64,000 nt of DNA from a virus, in IMG/VR virus record IMGVR_UViG_3300030329_000083, positions 1 through 64,000 of that record. One strand, 5' to 3'. Numbering within the stretch: the first letter of the stretch is position 1; each line of letters starts with the position of its first letter. Of this stretch, positions 39,764 through 48,400 are shown in pieces. The notes beneath the pieces were generated by a model. That model did no database searches. It had not been told where the DNA came from and saw nothing but the letters and a program-made list of their open reading frames with translations. A program made the position numbers and the translations under genes.

Positions 39764-40691
39764 GTTTGTATTCTCCTCGTCTGGACAAAGCATTGTTAGC
39801 TGATGTAAAGGTATGTCGCAAATATGGTTTCATAGAATTAGGATTTGTGTGTCCACTTACAGCCATAATCTGAGTACTATCAACACCTGCCTCCACCATC
39901 TCTGTAATTGCTGTCCTACGCATATCCATAGCTTGTAACTCAACAGGAAGCCCACAGGCAGACTTTACGTCATTTACAATGGGTGACACTTCAATATTAG
40001 TATAAGCTCTGTACGCACCTCCTATCGGTCTTACATGAGGTGCAACGTATTTCTGGAAACCAAAGTCCTCTTGTTGTTGTTGCAGCATTTTGTATAAATT
40101 ATCCTCTATAGGTAGATGAACCTCTGCTCTTTTCTTAGATTGGGTTAGGTCTAATCGCCTAGCTTCAAAGTTAATATTATCCCACTCAAGCAATCGCATA
40201 TCACCTACTCTTTGAGCAAACTCATATGCCATGTGTACGATAAGACCTATGCTTCTCCACTTAAAGTCAGAGTATGCCGTATCTAAGAATGTTCTAACTT
40301 GGTCAGGTGTCCACATAACTTTACGAGGTTTCTCATTCATTCGTTTAACTGCTTTCATAGGGTTAACTATTAGAAAGTCCATCTCCTCTGCCATGTTCAG
40401 CACTATCGACAGTGTTGTAGCCGTAATGTTCGCAGTTCTGACACCTCTAGCTAACCACTCCTGATAAGCTAACTTACAGTCAGCTTTACCTAGTTTGTTT
40501 AGCTTTATGTGACCTAATGTTTTAGTATTACTTATCTTAGTAGTTATTGCCTTGTTTAAACAATACTCGTAATCCATCTGTGTACGACTTCGTAAAGCTC
40601 TAAACTGTGGGCTTTGATAATAATACTCTACCATATCATCTACAGTCACTACTTTATTTTTGTTCGCCATTTTATCCAAGACTCCATGCAA
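39756..40691 (-). CDS. Tyrosine recombinase / integrase
   Basis: AQRVGD (R), K, DMRRT, SGH, PY catalytic pattern; start may be MANKNK. Confidence 0.85.
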   Translation of the reverse strand: MHGVLDKMANKNKVVTVDDMVEYYYQSPQFRALRSRTQMDYEYCLNKAITTKISNTKTLGHIKLNKLGKADCKLAYQEWLARGVRTANITATTLSIVLNMAEEMDFLIVNPMKAVKRMNEKPRKVMWTPDQVRTFLDTAYSDFKWRSIGLIVHMAYEFAQRVGDMRLLEWDNINFEARRLDLTQSKKRAEVHLPIEDNLYKMLQQQQEDFGFQKYVAPHVRPIGGAYRAYTNIEVSPIVNDVKSACGLPVELQAMDMRRTAITEMVEAGVDSTQIMAVSGHTNPNSMKPYLRHTFTSANNALSRRGEYKHA

Positions 40692-42554
40692 TGTCCGTCA
40701 CCTAATATAAGATCAATGATCCAGACTATGTTAAATTTATCTTCTTTCTTTCGTTGCCAATTTCTAGTCGAGAAGGTTTGATTAACCTTCCCTCCTAATA
40801 TAACACTAAACCAAATACTACTAGCAATCAATACCCTAAACCAATACTTCCTAAAGAAAAGAAAAGAAAAAGAAAAACATGATAGCAAATGATGCCATGC
40901 CAAAGATAACTTCTTTAGTTTTATTTGTTTCATTTTTCATACTCCTATTCTCCAATCTGAAACAGAACATATCTTCCATGCTCTGAATTAAATGGTATTG
41001 CTATTCTCTCTTCTTCTACAAACTCAGGCTTATACTTCCACCAATGCCCTTGCTTATACCTCTCAGCTACCATCTCATTAAAATCTGCATGGTGTATACT
41101 GAAAGCTATTATTACTGTCGCTAAAAACCCTTCTGCTAATCCTATCATATTAATTCTCCTCTTCTTGTTTAATTATATTGTTAAATTTATCTACTAAGTC
41201 ATTAACTAAATCTGTTTCTTCTGCCCAATCATCAAACTCTTCATCAAGTAAGACTGATTCGTTTAGGGTATCATAGATCTCTTTCATTGTCAAACTCCCT
41301 TATGTTTATCTTTTTAGGTTTTTGTTTCTTTTTGTTAGGGATAACCATAGGACTCTTTCGCTTTTGCAACATAGCTCTAGCTATAGGGTTAATTGGTCGA
41401 ACTCCCATTGTTTTCTTCATCACTATCCTCTTCCTTTCTTTTACTTATATGTATAAATTTTTTATTACAATAGCCACAAGTAGCCTTTCCTTCATTTAAT
41501 CTATAATACACTCTAGGGTGGTCATCCTCGCATACTACTGTGTCCTTATCTACATACTCAATGTTCATTTTTAATTTCTTTTAATACTTTTTCAATTACT
41601 TCTTCTTTTGTGTGACCAAAATATATAGTGCCATTATAGGTTAACGTAAAACTAGGCAGTTGAGCATCATAGTGTTTATTCAACTTCTGGTCTAATACTT
41701 TTGAGCCTAGCTCTCGTTTCAGCTTCGATCTTAGCTTTGAGTTTTTTCTTTCGCTCATCATTCTCCTCCCTAGTTATGAACTCAAAGTTCTTTACATTAC
41801 GCATCTGCCTAGCTTGTCTTATATAAGCACTTTTCTCAGCTTGGTCAACGCATATTACAGTTAAAGGCATGACCTTAAACATCTCCTTCATCTTCTGTAT
41901 CTCTTTTCTGTAGTCCTTCTTCGCCATCTCTAAACAATCCTCTCTTATTGTACATTGGTGATTCTTCTGGTTTTTCTAGCAACATTATATCCCTAATCAA
42001 GTCAGCCTTCCACACATCTATGTATCGTAGGTCAGATAATATACGAGCCTTTGCTAGGTCTATGTGTGCTTCTTCTTCTTTTTTCTTCGCCATATTATTA
42101 CTCCCATTATTATATATGTTACAACAGTGCATACAATGTAGATGAGTATAGCATTACTCTTCCATACTAAAACATATTGTAGCAGGTCTAGGTGTTTTAG
42201 TAAACCCACTACGAATATCATTACAAAGTAGCCTGTATAGACAGACAATATTATCAGCCATACTGCGCCCATATTATCACACCTATAAAACACATAACTA
42301 AAACTATCATATACCAATCGTTTGGGTCTTTGTCATTCCAATAGCTCATGTTTCACTACCTCTCCTGTGTTCCACTTGTCTGCTTCCACTTGTGCTTCCT
42401 CCTTTGTGTCAAACAATTTAATAGGTGTGTCGTTAGTCCACATAGCACCACACCCATCCCTTACATAGTCAGAGCCATCTTCTTCAAAAGGTTCAATCAT
42501 TACTGCGTACTTCATCAGCGTCCTCCTCTTCTTCATCTCTAGGGAAGTATACAT
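40649..42554 (-). other. Cluster of small early hypothetical ORFs (incl. 40649-40933, 40945-41148, 41558-41761, 41676-41927, 41875-42093, 42333-42554)
   Basis: Tightly packed minus-strand ORFs with GGAG-type RBSs; no recognisable domains. Confidence 0.55.
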
Positions 42555-42672
42555 CTACATGACTCTGACAATTAGGGCAGTGTAGGTTGCTAACTATAAG
42601 CCACTCTACACTATCCTCACAGTCGTGATCTCCTCCCCATATTAGTTCAGTTTGACAGTGCCAACAGTTCAT
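42493..42672 (-). CDS. Small Zn-ribbon protein (59 aa, not in ORF track)
   Basis: MNCWHCQTELIWGGDHD...LHCPNC; ATGA overlap with the upstream gene. Confidence 0.6.
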   Translation of the reverse strand: MNCWHCQTELIWGGDHDCEDSVEWLIVSNLHCPNCQSHVDVYFPRDEEEEDADEVRSND

Positions 42673-42869
42673 TCTTCATCTACCCTATAAAAGTCATATA
42701 CGTTACCATTCTCATCCATCTCATCTTTAGGATGCACCTCACTAAAATCAAATGCGGCTACTTCATTATCCTCTACATAGGATGCTACTACTTCTAGTAA
42801 TTTCTTGTGTGCTAGTTCCTCTGTGTCAGCCTTAATTACATCTTCAAATGTTACTAAATATTTTGGCAT
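42669..42869 (-). CDS. Hypothetical acidic early protein
   Basis: 66 aa, TAATG coupling. Confidence 0.6.
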   Translation of the reverse strand: MPKYLVTFEDVIKADTEELAHKKLLEVVASYVEDNEVAAFDFSEVHPKDEMDENGNVYDFYRVDEE

Positions 42870-43147
42870 TAGTTATCCTTTCTTTTGTTTTCTCTTGGTA
42901 CATCTTCACTAAATATGTAGTCACTATAGTGATTAGTGTGACCATGTTCACATCTAGGTTGTGCAAAGTTAAACACCTTACTGAGTATCCAAGAACTGTG
43001 CCTAATCTTTTCTATAGTGTTGTACTCCAATGGTACACCTTCAGATACTTGATTGTCTAAGTCTTTTATAGCATTTATAAGTTCTAAGAAATCGTATCTC
43101 TGGCTTACTGTGAAAGACACTACTGTTTCTGCTTGTTTGTTTGTCAT
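42869..43147 (-). CDS. Hypothetical early protein
   Basis: 92 aa, AGGAG RBS. Confidence 0.6.
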   Translation of the reverse strand: MTNKQAETVVSFTVSQRYDFLELINAIKDLDNQVSEGVPLEYNTIEKIRHSSWILSKVFNFAQPRCEHGHTNHYSDYIFSEDVPRENKRKDN

Positions 43148-43149
43148 GT

Positions 43150-43548
43150 CTATTCTCCTTTTTCTACTACTTCTGGTTCATCTACGTTTATAATGATGGT
43201 CTTAACTCCACCTTGTCCACCCATGCTACCTACATACGCTTCCTCTACAGTTAGGTAGTCACCTTCGTCAGCATACTTACGCAAGTCCTTAATCCAGAAC
43301 CTATTGTCACCTCTGCCCTTAGTTCTGTAAAACTTTATCTTAGTAGGAACACCAAAGGCAAACTCTGCGTCATGCTCATCCTGTTCCATTCGTAGCATAT
43401 CTCCAAAGTTGCCCTCTAAAGCATAAAAGTACCAATCTTTTACGACTTTGGATGCGTCTATGGTAGACTTGTTTAGCATAGTCTTAGTCAGCTTGATAGT
43501 GAATGTGTTCTCTATCTGTGTTTCTTTCATCTCTATTGTTTGTGCCAT
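43150..43548 (-). CDS. Putative B3/EcoRII-N-like DNA-binding domain protein
   Basis: LTKTMLNKSTIDAS ... FYRTKGRGDNRFWIKDLRKYADEGD resembles N-terminal domains of MvaI/BcnI-family restriction proteins (from memory). Confidence 0.4.
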   Translation of the reverse strand: MAQTIEMKETQIENTFTIKLTKTMLNKSTIDASKVVKDWYFYALEGNFGDMLRMEQDEHDAEFAFGVPTKIKFYRTKGRGDNRFWIKDLRKYADEGDYLTVEEAYVGSMGGQGGVKTIIINVDEPEVVEKGE

Positions 43549-43772
43549 TACTGTATCTCCTTATTTGCTATTACATAGTTATACTGATTCGATAAAAACA
43601 TTCTAGGTCTTTCTGGTGGAATGTCAATAAGAGTTTTAATTATTTCTTGTTGCTCAAAGCATCCACCAGAGTCTAAGTCATAAAGTTTGGTTGCCCATGT
43701 TTCACATTGCTCTAGTGTGGCAAAGTTCATAACCATGAGCAGACCAAAAGTTGTTATAGTTTCAGTTATCAT
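43548..43772 (-). CDS. Hypothetical early protein
   Basis: 74 aa, coupled at both ends. Confidence 0.5.
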   Translation of the reverse strand: MITETITTFGLLMVMNFATLEQCETWATKLYDLDSGGCFEQQEIIKTLIDIPPERPRMFLSNQYNYVIANKEIQ

Positions 43773-43939
43773 GCTACCTCTTCCTCGATTGATTGTACTG
43801 TAAGTTCTACCCTTCCATCTGCTTCCAAGATTGTTTCAACATATCTTTGTTCTAAATCGTAGTTATCTAAGTTATAAAATACCAATGGCATATTAGGTTC
43901 AAACTTCTGTAGTCTGTCTATTAAATCTTTAACTTTCAT
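43769..43939 (-). CDS. Hypothetical early protein (MKVKDLIDRL type)
   Basis: Start placed at the ATGA overlap with the DUF932 stop; AGGAG RBS. Confidence 0.55.
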   Translation of the reverse strand: MKVKDLIDRLQKFEPNMPLVFYNLDNYDLEQRYVETILEADGRVELTVQSIEEEVA

Positions 43940-44784
43940 GCTACTAACTCCTTGAAAATTGGAGATGAGATCCATTGTGCTACCTCATTTTCTCGCTTCC
44001 ACATTGACTCAGATGCAGTATCGTAGCCAGTGTTCCTAAGAGCAAAACCATTTCTCTCATCTGCGTATGATGAATAATTAGTCAAAGCACTATACAAGGC
44101 AAATACATTAGCACCTCTGGTGATTCGCTCCTGATTGTATAGCTTGAGCATCTTCTCAGCTTTACGATCTGACTTAATCATCTTCTCTAGTACCTCTTTG
44201 ACATTAACGTAGGTCAACGTAGTATCTGCCCATTTCTGCAAAATGCCCATCTGCTGAGTAAAATCCTCTTTAGACCTATACAGTTCATCTATGAAAGATT
44301 CTAAGCTAAACCCTGATGTATTCTTTCGCTTAATGGTATTGTATTCACCAGTAACCATGCCATTAGTACAATAAAAATCTATTGCACCAAATAAGGTAAT
44401 GTTACTACAAGATCCATCAACACCATGCAAAGCTATAATTCTTTGAGCTACGTCAGTTTGATGTTTGCTAGTCGTTATCTTATGTGTCACATTTGGCAAA
44501 CGCATATCCATCATAGTCCAAGCATTATTCCTAGCAGTTCGCCAAGTCAACGTAGCACCATCTAAGTCATGGTCACTAAGTTCAGCTACAACTGTATCTC
44601 TGACTTGTCTGTAGAAATCAATGTGACTAGCACATTTAAAGTCTTTACCTACAATTCCTATCACCTCATCAGTATTATTGTTAATGACATACTTACTCAT
44701 GTCAAATCTGGTAGGCTCAAAAGAAACGTCAAATGCTATTTCTTCTGGCATCTTAGTTATTGGTCTTTCACTATATATTGTCAT
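43936..44784 (-). CDS. DUF932 family protein
   Basis: IGIVGKDFK, LHGVDGS, FYCTNGMV, ALYSALTNYSS; start MTIYSE after AGGAG. Confidence 0.75.
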   Translation of the reverse strand: MTIYSERPITKMPEEIAFDVSFEPTRFDMSKYVINNNTDEVIGIVGKDFKCASHIDFYRQVRDTVVAELSDHDLDGATLTWRTARNNAWTMMDMRLPNVTHKITTSKHQTDVAQRIIALHGVDGSCSNITLFGAIDFYCTNGMVTGEYNTIKRKNTSGFSLESFIDELYRSKEDFTQQMGILQKWADTTLTYVNVKEVLEKMIKSDRKAEKMLKLYNQERITRGANVFALYSALTNYSSYADERNGFALRNTGYDTASESMWKRENEVAQWISSPIFKELVA

Positions 44785-44815
44785 AAATTGATTCTCCTTT
44801 TTGTTTGTGTCACCC

Positions 44816-44843
44816 ATTTTATAGATGATTCGTTTTTTGTCAA
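44816..44843 (-). promoter_or_regulatory. sigma70-type promoter with GANTC in the spacer
   Basis: TTGACA-16-TAAAAT on the minus strand; TGATTCG at 44826-44832. Confidence 0.65.
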
Positions 44844-44878
44844 GTTAATAATAAAATCGTTTAAAATCAAATACTTAG

Positions 44879-44995
44879 CATCCCATCCCATTACTTTTCC
44901 CATCCCATCTAAAACCTCCCATCCCATCCCATGATGACCGTAACTCATCCGATCCCATCTAAAACCTCCCATCCCATCCCATCTTGATGACCGTA
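44879..44995. repeat. (ATCCC)n array including a 50-bp-period direct repeat
   Basis: atcccatctaaaacctcccatcccatcccat(ctt)gatgaccgta at 44902-44942 and 44952-44995, plus flanking atccc units. Confidence 0.9.
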
Positions 44996-45064
44996 GATTC
45001 TGATTTAACTTTTTGAAAAGCTAAACCAGAATCTCAAGTGTCAAAATTTTGACCCTAGATAAAT

Positions 45065-45763
45065 CTATTTTGTTTTTTCTACAATGATATTATTCTCTAG
45101 CTTGTCTGAATGTTTGTAACATCTCAAACAATCTTTACATTTTTGTCCTGTACAGTTTTGAATCTCTTTAAAGTTATCACCATTAACATTATTAAAAACT
45201 TTGTCGAAATGTTTAGGTATTTTAGTAATAACTTTGTCTACTTTAGTATTAGAAAAAACAATAATAAGGTTTTTAGGTTTTTCTCTTTTGTCGAAATATC
45301 TTTTTATTATATCTGTTCTTTTAGTCCATAAAGCAAAAGTACAGTGTGGATTGTATTCAGCTATTCTACAATAATTCTCAATCATATTATATTTAGGAAA
45401 AGTTTTTATTGTGACTCCGTTATCATCTACTAATTCAGTCAATAGTTCCCCATGATGATTAAAACGAAAAAAGGATTGCAAGAAAAAGAATTGTTTAACC
45501 TCTAAGTCACTCAATAGTTTTTCTGATAGTATTTCATTTTTATCTAATGATAACGGTAAGTTTTTCATATAGCTATCCATTGATTTATGGGAATAACAGA
45601 CTCCACAAATATCTACAATTTTTCCAGCTAGTTCATTTTTCTTTTTTGCTTCAATATACCTATCATAGCAAAACTTATTCTTTTTAGTATTGTTTCCTAT
45701 AGCATTAAAAGACTCTAGTTTTCCTCTAAGTTTAGAAACGTGTCCTATGTTATCTAATGGCAT
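45065..45763 (-). CDS. GP88-like Cys-rich (putative Fe-S) early protein
   Basis: C..CGVCY, FFRFNHHGE, ALWTKR, CTGQKCKDCLRCY. Confidence 0.6.
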   Translation of the reverse strand: MPLDNIGHVSKLRGKLESFNAIGNNTKKNKFCYDRYIEAKKKNELAGKIVDICGVCYSHKSMDSYMKNLPLSLDKNEILSEKLLSDLEVKQFFFLQSFFRFNHHGELLTELVDDNGVTIKTFPKYNMIENYCRIAEYNPHCTFALWTKRTDIIKRYFDKREKPKNLIIVFSNTKVDKVITKIPKHFDKVFNNVNGDNFKEIQNCTGQKCKDCLRCYKHSDKLENNIIVEKTK

Positions 45764-45829
45764 AGTGCGACTCCTATTAAAATTATTATTGTAAATATTA
45801 CTACTATTAGATCTGGATGAAAAAACATA

Positions 45830-46027
45830 TTAAAGACTCCTTGTGTTTTTTCTTTTAGCTCTAAAACTAACGTGATCTTTTTTAATAGTCTTAATATATT
45901 CTATTAATTGCTTTTGCTTTTCTGGAGTCTGATTCCTAATGAATCGCTTGACGTTTATTTTTGCCTTGCGAATCTTAGTATCTGAGATTCCCCAATCTTT
46001 TTTGTATAAAAAACTTGTAGCACTCAT
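45830..46027 (-). CDS. Small basic early protein
   Basis: 65 aa, K/R-rich. Confidence 0.55.
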   Translation of the reverse strand: MSATSFLYKKDWGISDTKIRKAKINVKRFIRNQTPEKQKQLIEYIKTIKKDHVSFRAKRKNTRSL

Positions 46028-46028
46028 T

Positions 46029-46229
46029 TTAGAGTCCCTTCTTAATTTCAGTTAATGCTTTAATTAAACTATCTAAGCTATTAAACTTTATTATTATATC
46101 ACCATTACCTTGTGAAATATTTAATCCTATTTCTTGCACTATTATTTTTTCATCTTCGTTTTTGTGTTGAACTATAGAAATAGAATTACCTTTTTCATTA
46201 AGTAAAATCTGATTAAAATTAATATTCAT
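46029..46229 (-). CDS. Small early protein
   Basis: 66 aa, AAGGAGTC RBS. Confidence 0.6.
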   Translation of the reverse strand: MNINFNQILLNEKGNSISIVQHKNEDEKIIVQEIGLNISQGNGDIIIKFNSLDSLIKALTEIKKGL

Positions 46230-46301
46230 TTGTGACTCCTTGTTTAGTTTATTAATTTAAAAATGGAGTCTAGCCAATTAAAGCTAAACTCCTAATTTAA
46301 A

Positions 46302-46634
46302 TTAACTAGCTAGACGTTGAGTCAATTTGACTCCGTTAGCTTTTCTTTTATGCCTTACGATTCCGTTTTGGTTAATCCTAGAATAACCATTGCGATCATA
46401 TGCTTGAAAGCATGAATAAGAATTGCCAAAATTTAATCTTAAAAGAGGATCTCCAGATTTTCCACCATTACCTAACCTAACGAAAAAACCTTTCTCTTGT
46501 GGATTCTTCCTATGGATAACTGGCTTGTAGCCTTTACGCCATAAATCAAAAGCCGTTATTAAAACTCTAACTGGTGTTAAACCACCCTTAATAGTTTGAC
46601 CTCTAGCTATATTATTTAAATTAAATGTAATCAT
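46302..46634 (-). CDS. Basic early protein
   Basis: 110 aa, AGGAGTC RBS. Confidence 0.6.
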   Translation of the reverse strand: MITFNLNNIARGQTIKGGLTPVRVLITAFDLWRKGYKPVIHRKNPQEKGFFVRLGNGGKSGDPLLRLNFGNSYSCFQAYDRNGYSRINQNGIVRHKRKANGVKLTQRLAS

Positions 46635-46725
46635 TTTTGACTCCTATTGTCATTTTGGTTTGTTGATATTCTTTAGTGAATATCCACAAGCGGACTCTTA
46701 TATTTGAATCTGCTTATAGGATTCA

Positions 46726-46875
46726 CTATGCTTTTGCCTTTTCATCAATTTTATTGATTCCGTAAGTTAACAATTTAATAGGATCAATTTTAATAAATCC
46801 TCTAGACAATAACATTAATGTAATATCTTTTGCATTTGATCGACTAGTAAATGTATTTCTTTTAGTTCTTTTCAT
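46726..46875 (-). CDS. First early ORF (49 aa, not in ORF track)
   Basis: MKRTKRNTFTSRS...KAKA*, AGGA upstream. Confidence 0.45.
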   Translation of the reverse strand: MKRTKRNTFTSRSNAKDITLMLLSRGFIKIDPIKLLTYGINKIDEKAKA

Positions 46876-46933
46876 TTCGTTTTTTTTCCTAATTTGATTC
46901 GGTAATTAAAAGAATCGATTTTTGTATTCTTAG

Positions 46934-46963
46934 ATTTTACATTAAAAATTTAAAAAAGTACAA
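46934..46963 (-). promoter_or_regulatory. Candidate leftward early promoter
   Basis: TTGTAC-18-TAAAAT on the minus strand with AT-rich upstream element. Confidence 0.4.
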
Positions 46964-46983
46964 TAAATAAAAAATTAATTTTA

Positions 46984-47084
46984 GTTACAAATGTAACAAT
47001 AAAAACCGTACATAAAACCTTTACCGTTGGTATCAGTTACAAATGTAACCATTATTGACGGTTATATATTTTACTAACTGATAC
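46984..47084. promoter_or_regulatory. Paired palindromic operator-like sites
   Basis: GTTACAAATGTAAC at 46984-46997 and 47036-47049; inverted 10-mer gtatcagtta (47030-47039) / taactgatac (47075-47084). Confidence 0.6.
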
Positions 47085-47392
47085 TTTATCAGATTGCTAA
47101 ACTTTATAAATCAATAATTTAGCTATTATTATTTATTATCTATTTAGATTCCTGTTTTAGAATTATTCTAAATGCTTTTATTATTTGAGTTTAAAAATTT
47201 CTTAAAAAAATCCATCCCATAAACGTGACCGTGCAAGAGCCACGTGGGGGTATAGGGATATATATGTATGAATATACACACGGAAGAGGTTTTTTGCTTG
47301 TTAACCACTTTTTTCCTTGTAAACACAGCGGTCCTCTAGTTGTGACCTTAATAGGAATACTAATAATAACTTATAGTGTGACAATATGTCGC

Positions 47393-47421
47393 TTGACAAC
47401 TTTATGATTCTATGGTATAAC
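47393..47421 (+). promoter_or_regulatory. Rightward sigma70 promoter (lysis/packaging arm)
   Basis: TTGACA-17-TATAAC with extended -10 TG; imperfect palindrome gtgacaatatgtcgc abuts the -35. Confidence 0.7.
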
Positions 47422-47444
47422 ATAGTTAAAGCTATTAAGTTAAG

Positions 47445-47513
47445 ACTATAAAGTTAAAACTATCTTATAGTACTACTTTTTTAATAGTCTTTACTATAAA
47501 GTTAAAACTATCT
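47445..47513. repeat. 21-bp direct repeat
   Basis: actataaagttaaaactatct at 47445-47465 and 47493-47513. Confidence 0.85.
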
Positions 47514-47563
47514 CTTGTGTTTTTTGCATTAATATGTTATTATAAAGCAAATAATGTTTGACA

Positions 47564-47851
47564 ATGAGTAAAAAGAAGGTAAAACTATATGCAAGTGACT
47601 CGGTTATTGAAGATTTTTACAGGACTCTCTCTAAAAATGACCCTAACATCCTCAATAAAGTCCACATACCGAAGTCTGATGTCTTTTATGTACGTAAAGC
47701 TATAGAAATGCGTACAGGAGAGACATATAGTTTAGACCATGTAGAAAGGGCTATGTTTCTGGAAGGACATTTACGTAGAAATGAAGTCTTAGATCCAGAT
47801 AGACCAAGAGGATATTGCTCATATGACACCGAAAAACCTAGAACAAGATAG
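47564..47851 (+). CDS. Hypothetical protein
   Basis: First ORF of the rightward arm; ATG at 47564. Confidence 0.55.
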   Translation: MSKKKVKLYASDSVIEDFYRTLSKNDPNILNKVHIPKSDVFYVRKAIEMRTGETYSLDHVERAMFLEGHLRRNEVLDPDRPRGYCSYDTEKPRTR

Positions 47852-48143
47852 CAACTACAACAAATATGACTTAGACGGTGACGGTATAGTGACAGATGAT
47901 GAGCTAGAACACGCTAAAGAGATAAATAAAACGGAAGCTGACCTACGTAAGCAAAAAGCTCAACGAAGAATGGCTACAGGTACTCTAATAGCAATGGGTG
48001 GTTTTACTGCAGCTATGTTCTTTATGCCGATAGAGCATATAAAAGCACTTTCAGACATATCTAATCTGTTTTACATTAGTGGAGCAGGTATAGTTGGAGC
48101 TTACATGGGAACTTCAGCGTGGATGTCTAACAGAGATAAGTAA
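47823..48143 (+). CDS. Membrane protein with EF-hand-like DxDxDG loop (holin-like)
   Basis: DLDGDGIVTDDE loop plus two TM helices. Confidence 0.55.
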   Translation: MTPKNLEQDSNYNKYDLDGDGIVTDDELEHAKEINKTEADLRKQKAQRRMATGTLIAMGGFTAAMFFMPIEHIKALSDISNLFYISGAGIVGAYMGTSAWMSNRDK

Positions 48144-48162
48144 CTAAGAAGGAGAAAAACAA

Positions 48163-48399
48163 ATGAGTAATACTAAAGAAATACAAATAACAGAAGAAAT
48201 GAAGCTAGAGAAAGAAATAGCTGAAAAGCAAGAAAAGCTACATGAAATTCGCTACGGTGAAATGGAAACAGCATACAAAGCGTTTGAACTAGCTAGAGAA
48301 GATGCGTTAAATAAGTATCAAGCTTGGAGAAAAGCTGCAATGAAGCACGGAAGAGTTCCTAACAATATATTAACTTACTTTAATGTGAATTTGCACTAG
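48163..48399 (+). CDS. Hypothetical protein
   Basis: 78 aa, AAGGAG RBS. Confidence 0.6.
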   Translation: MSNTKEIQITEEMKLEKEIAEKQEKLHEIRYGEMETAYKAFELAREDALNKYQAWRKAAMKHGRVPNNILTYFNVNLH

Positions 48400-48400
48400 T

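Noticed and set aside
44781-44972. 63-aa ORF MGGFRWDR...
   Set aside because: Translation of the GGGAT repeat and promoter region; no RBS
44879-44995. Mini CRISPR array
   Set aside because: Only two low-complexity units with a ~9-bp gap; no spacers or cas genes
47225-47407. 60-aa ORF in the control region
   Set aside because: No RBS, atypical composition, overlaps the promoter
46900-47560. dif site or tRNA-derived attP
   Set aside because: No convincing XerD arm (TTATGTTAAAT) or tRNA T-loop sequence seen by eye
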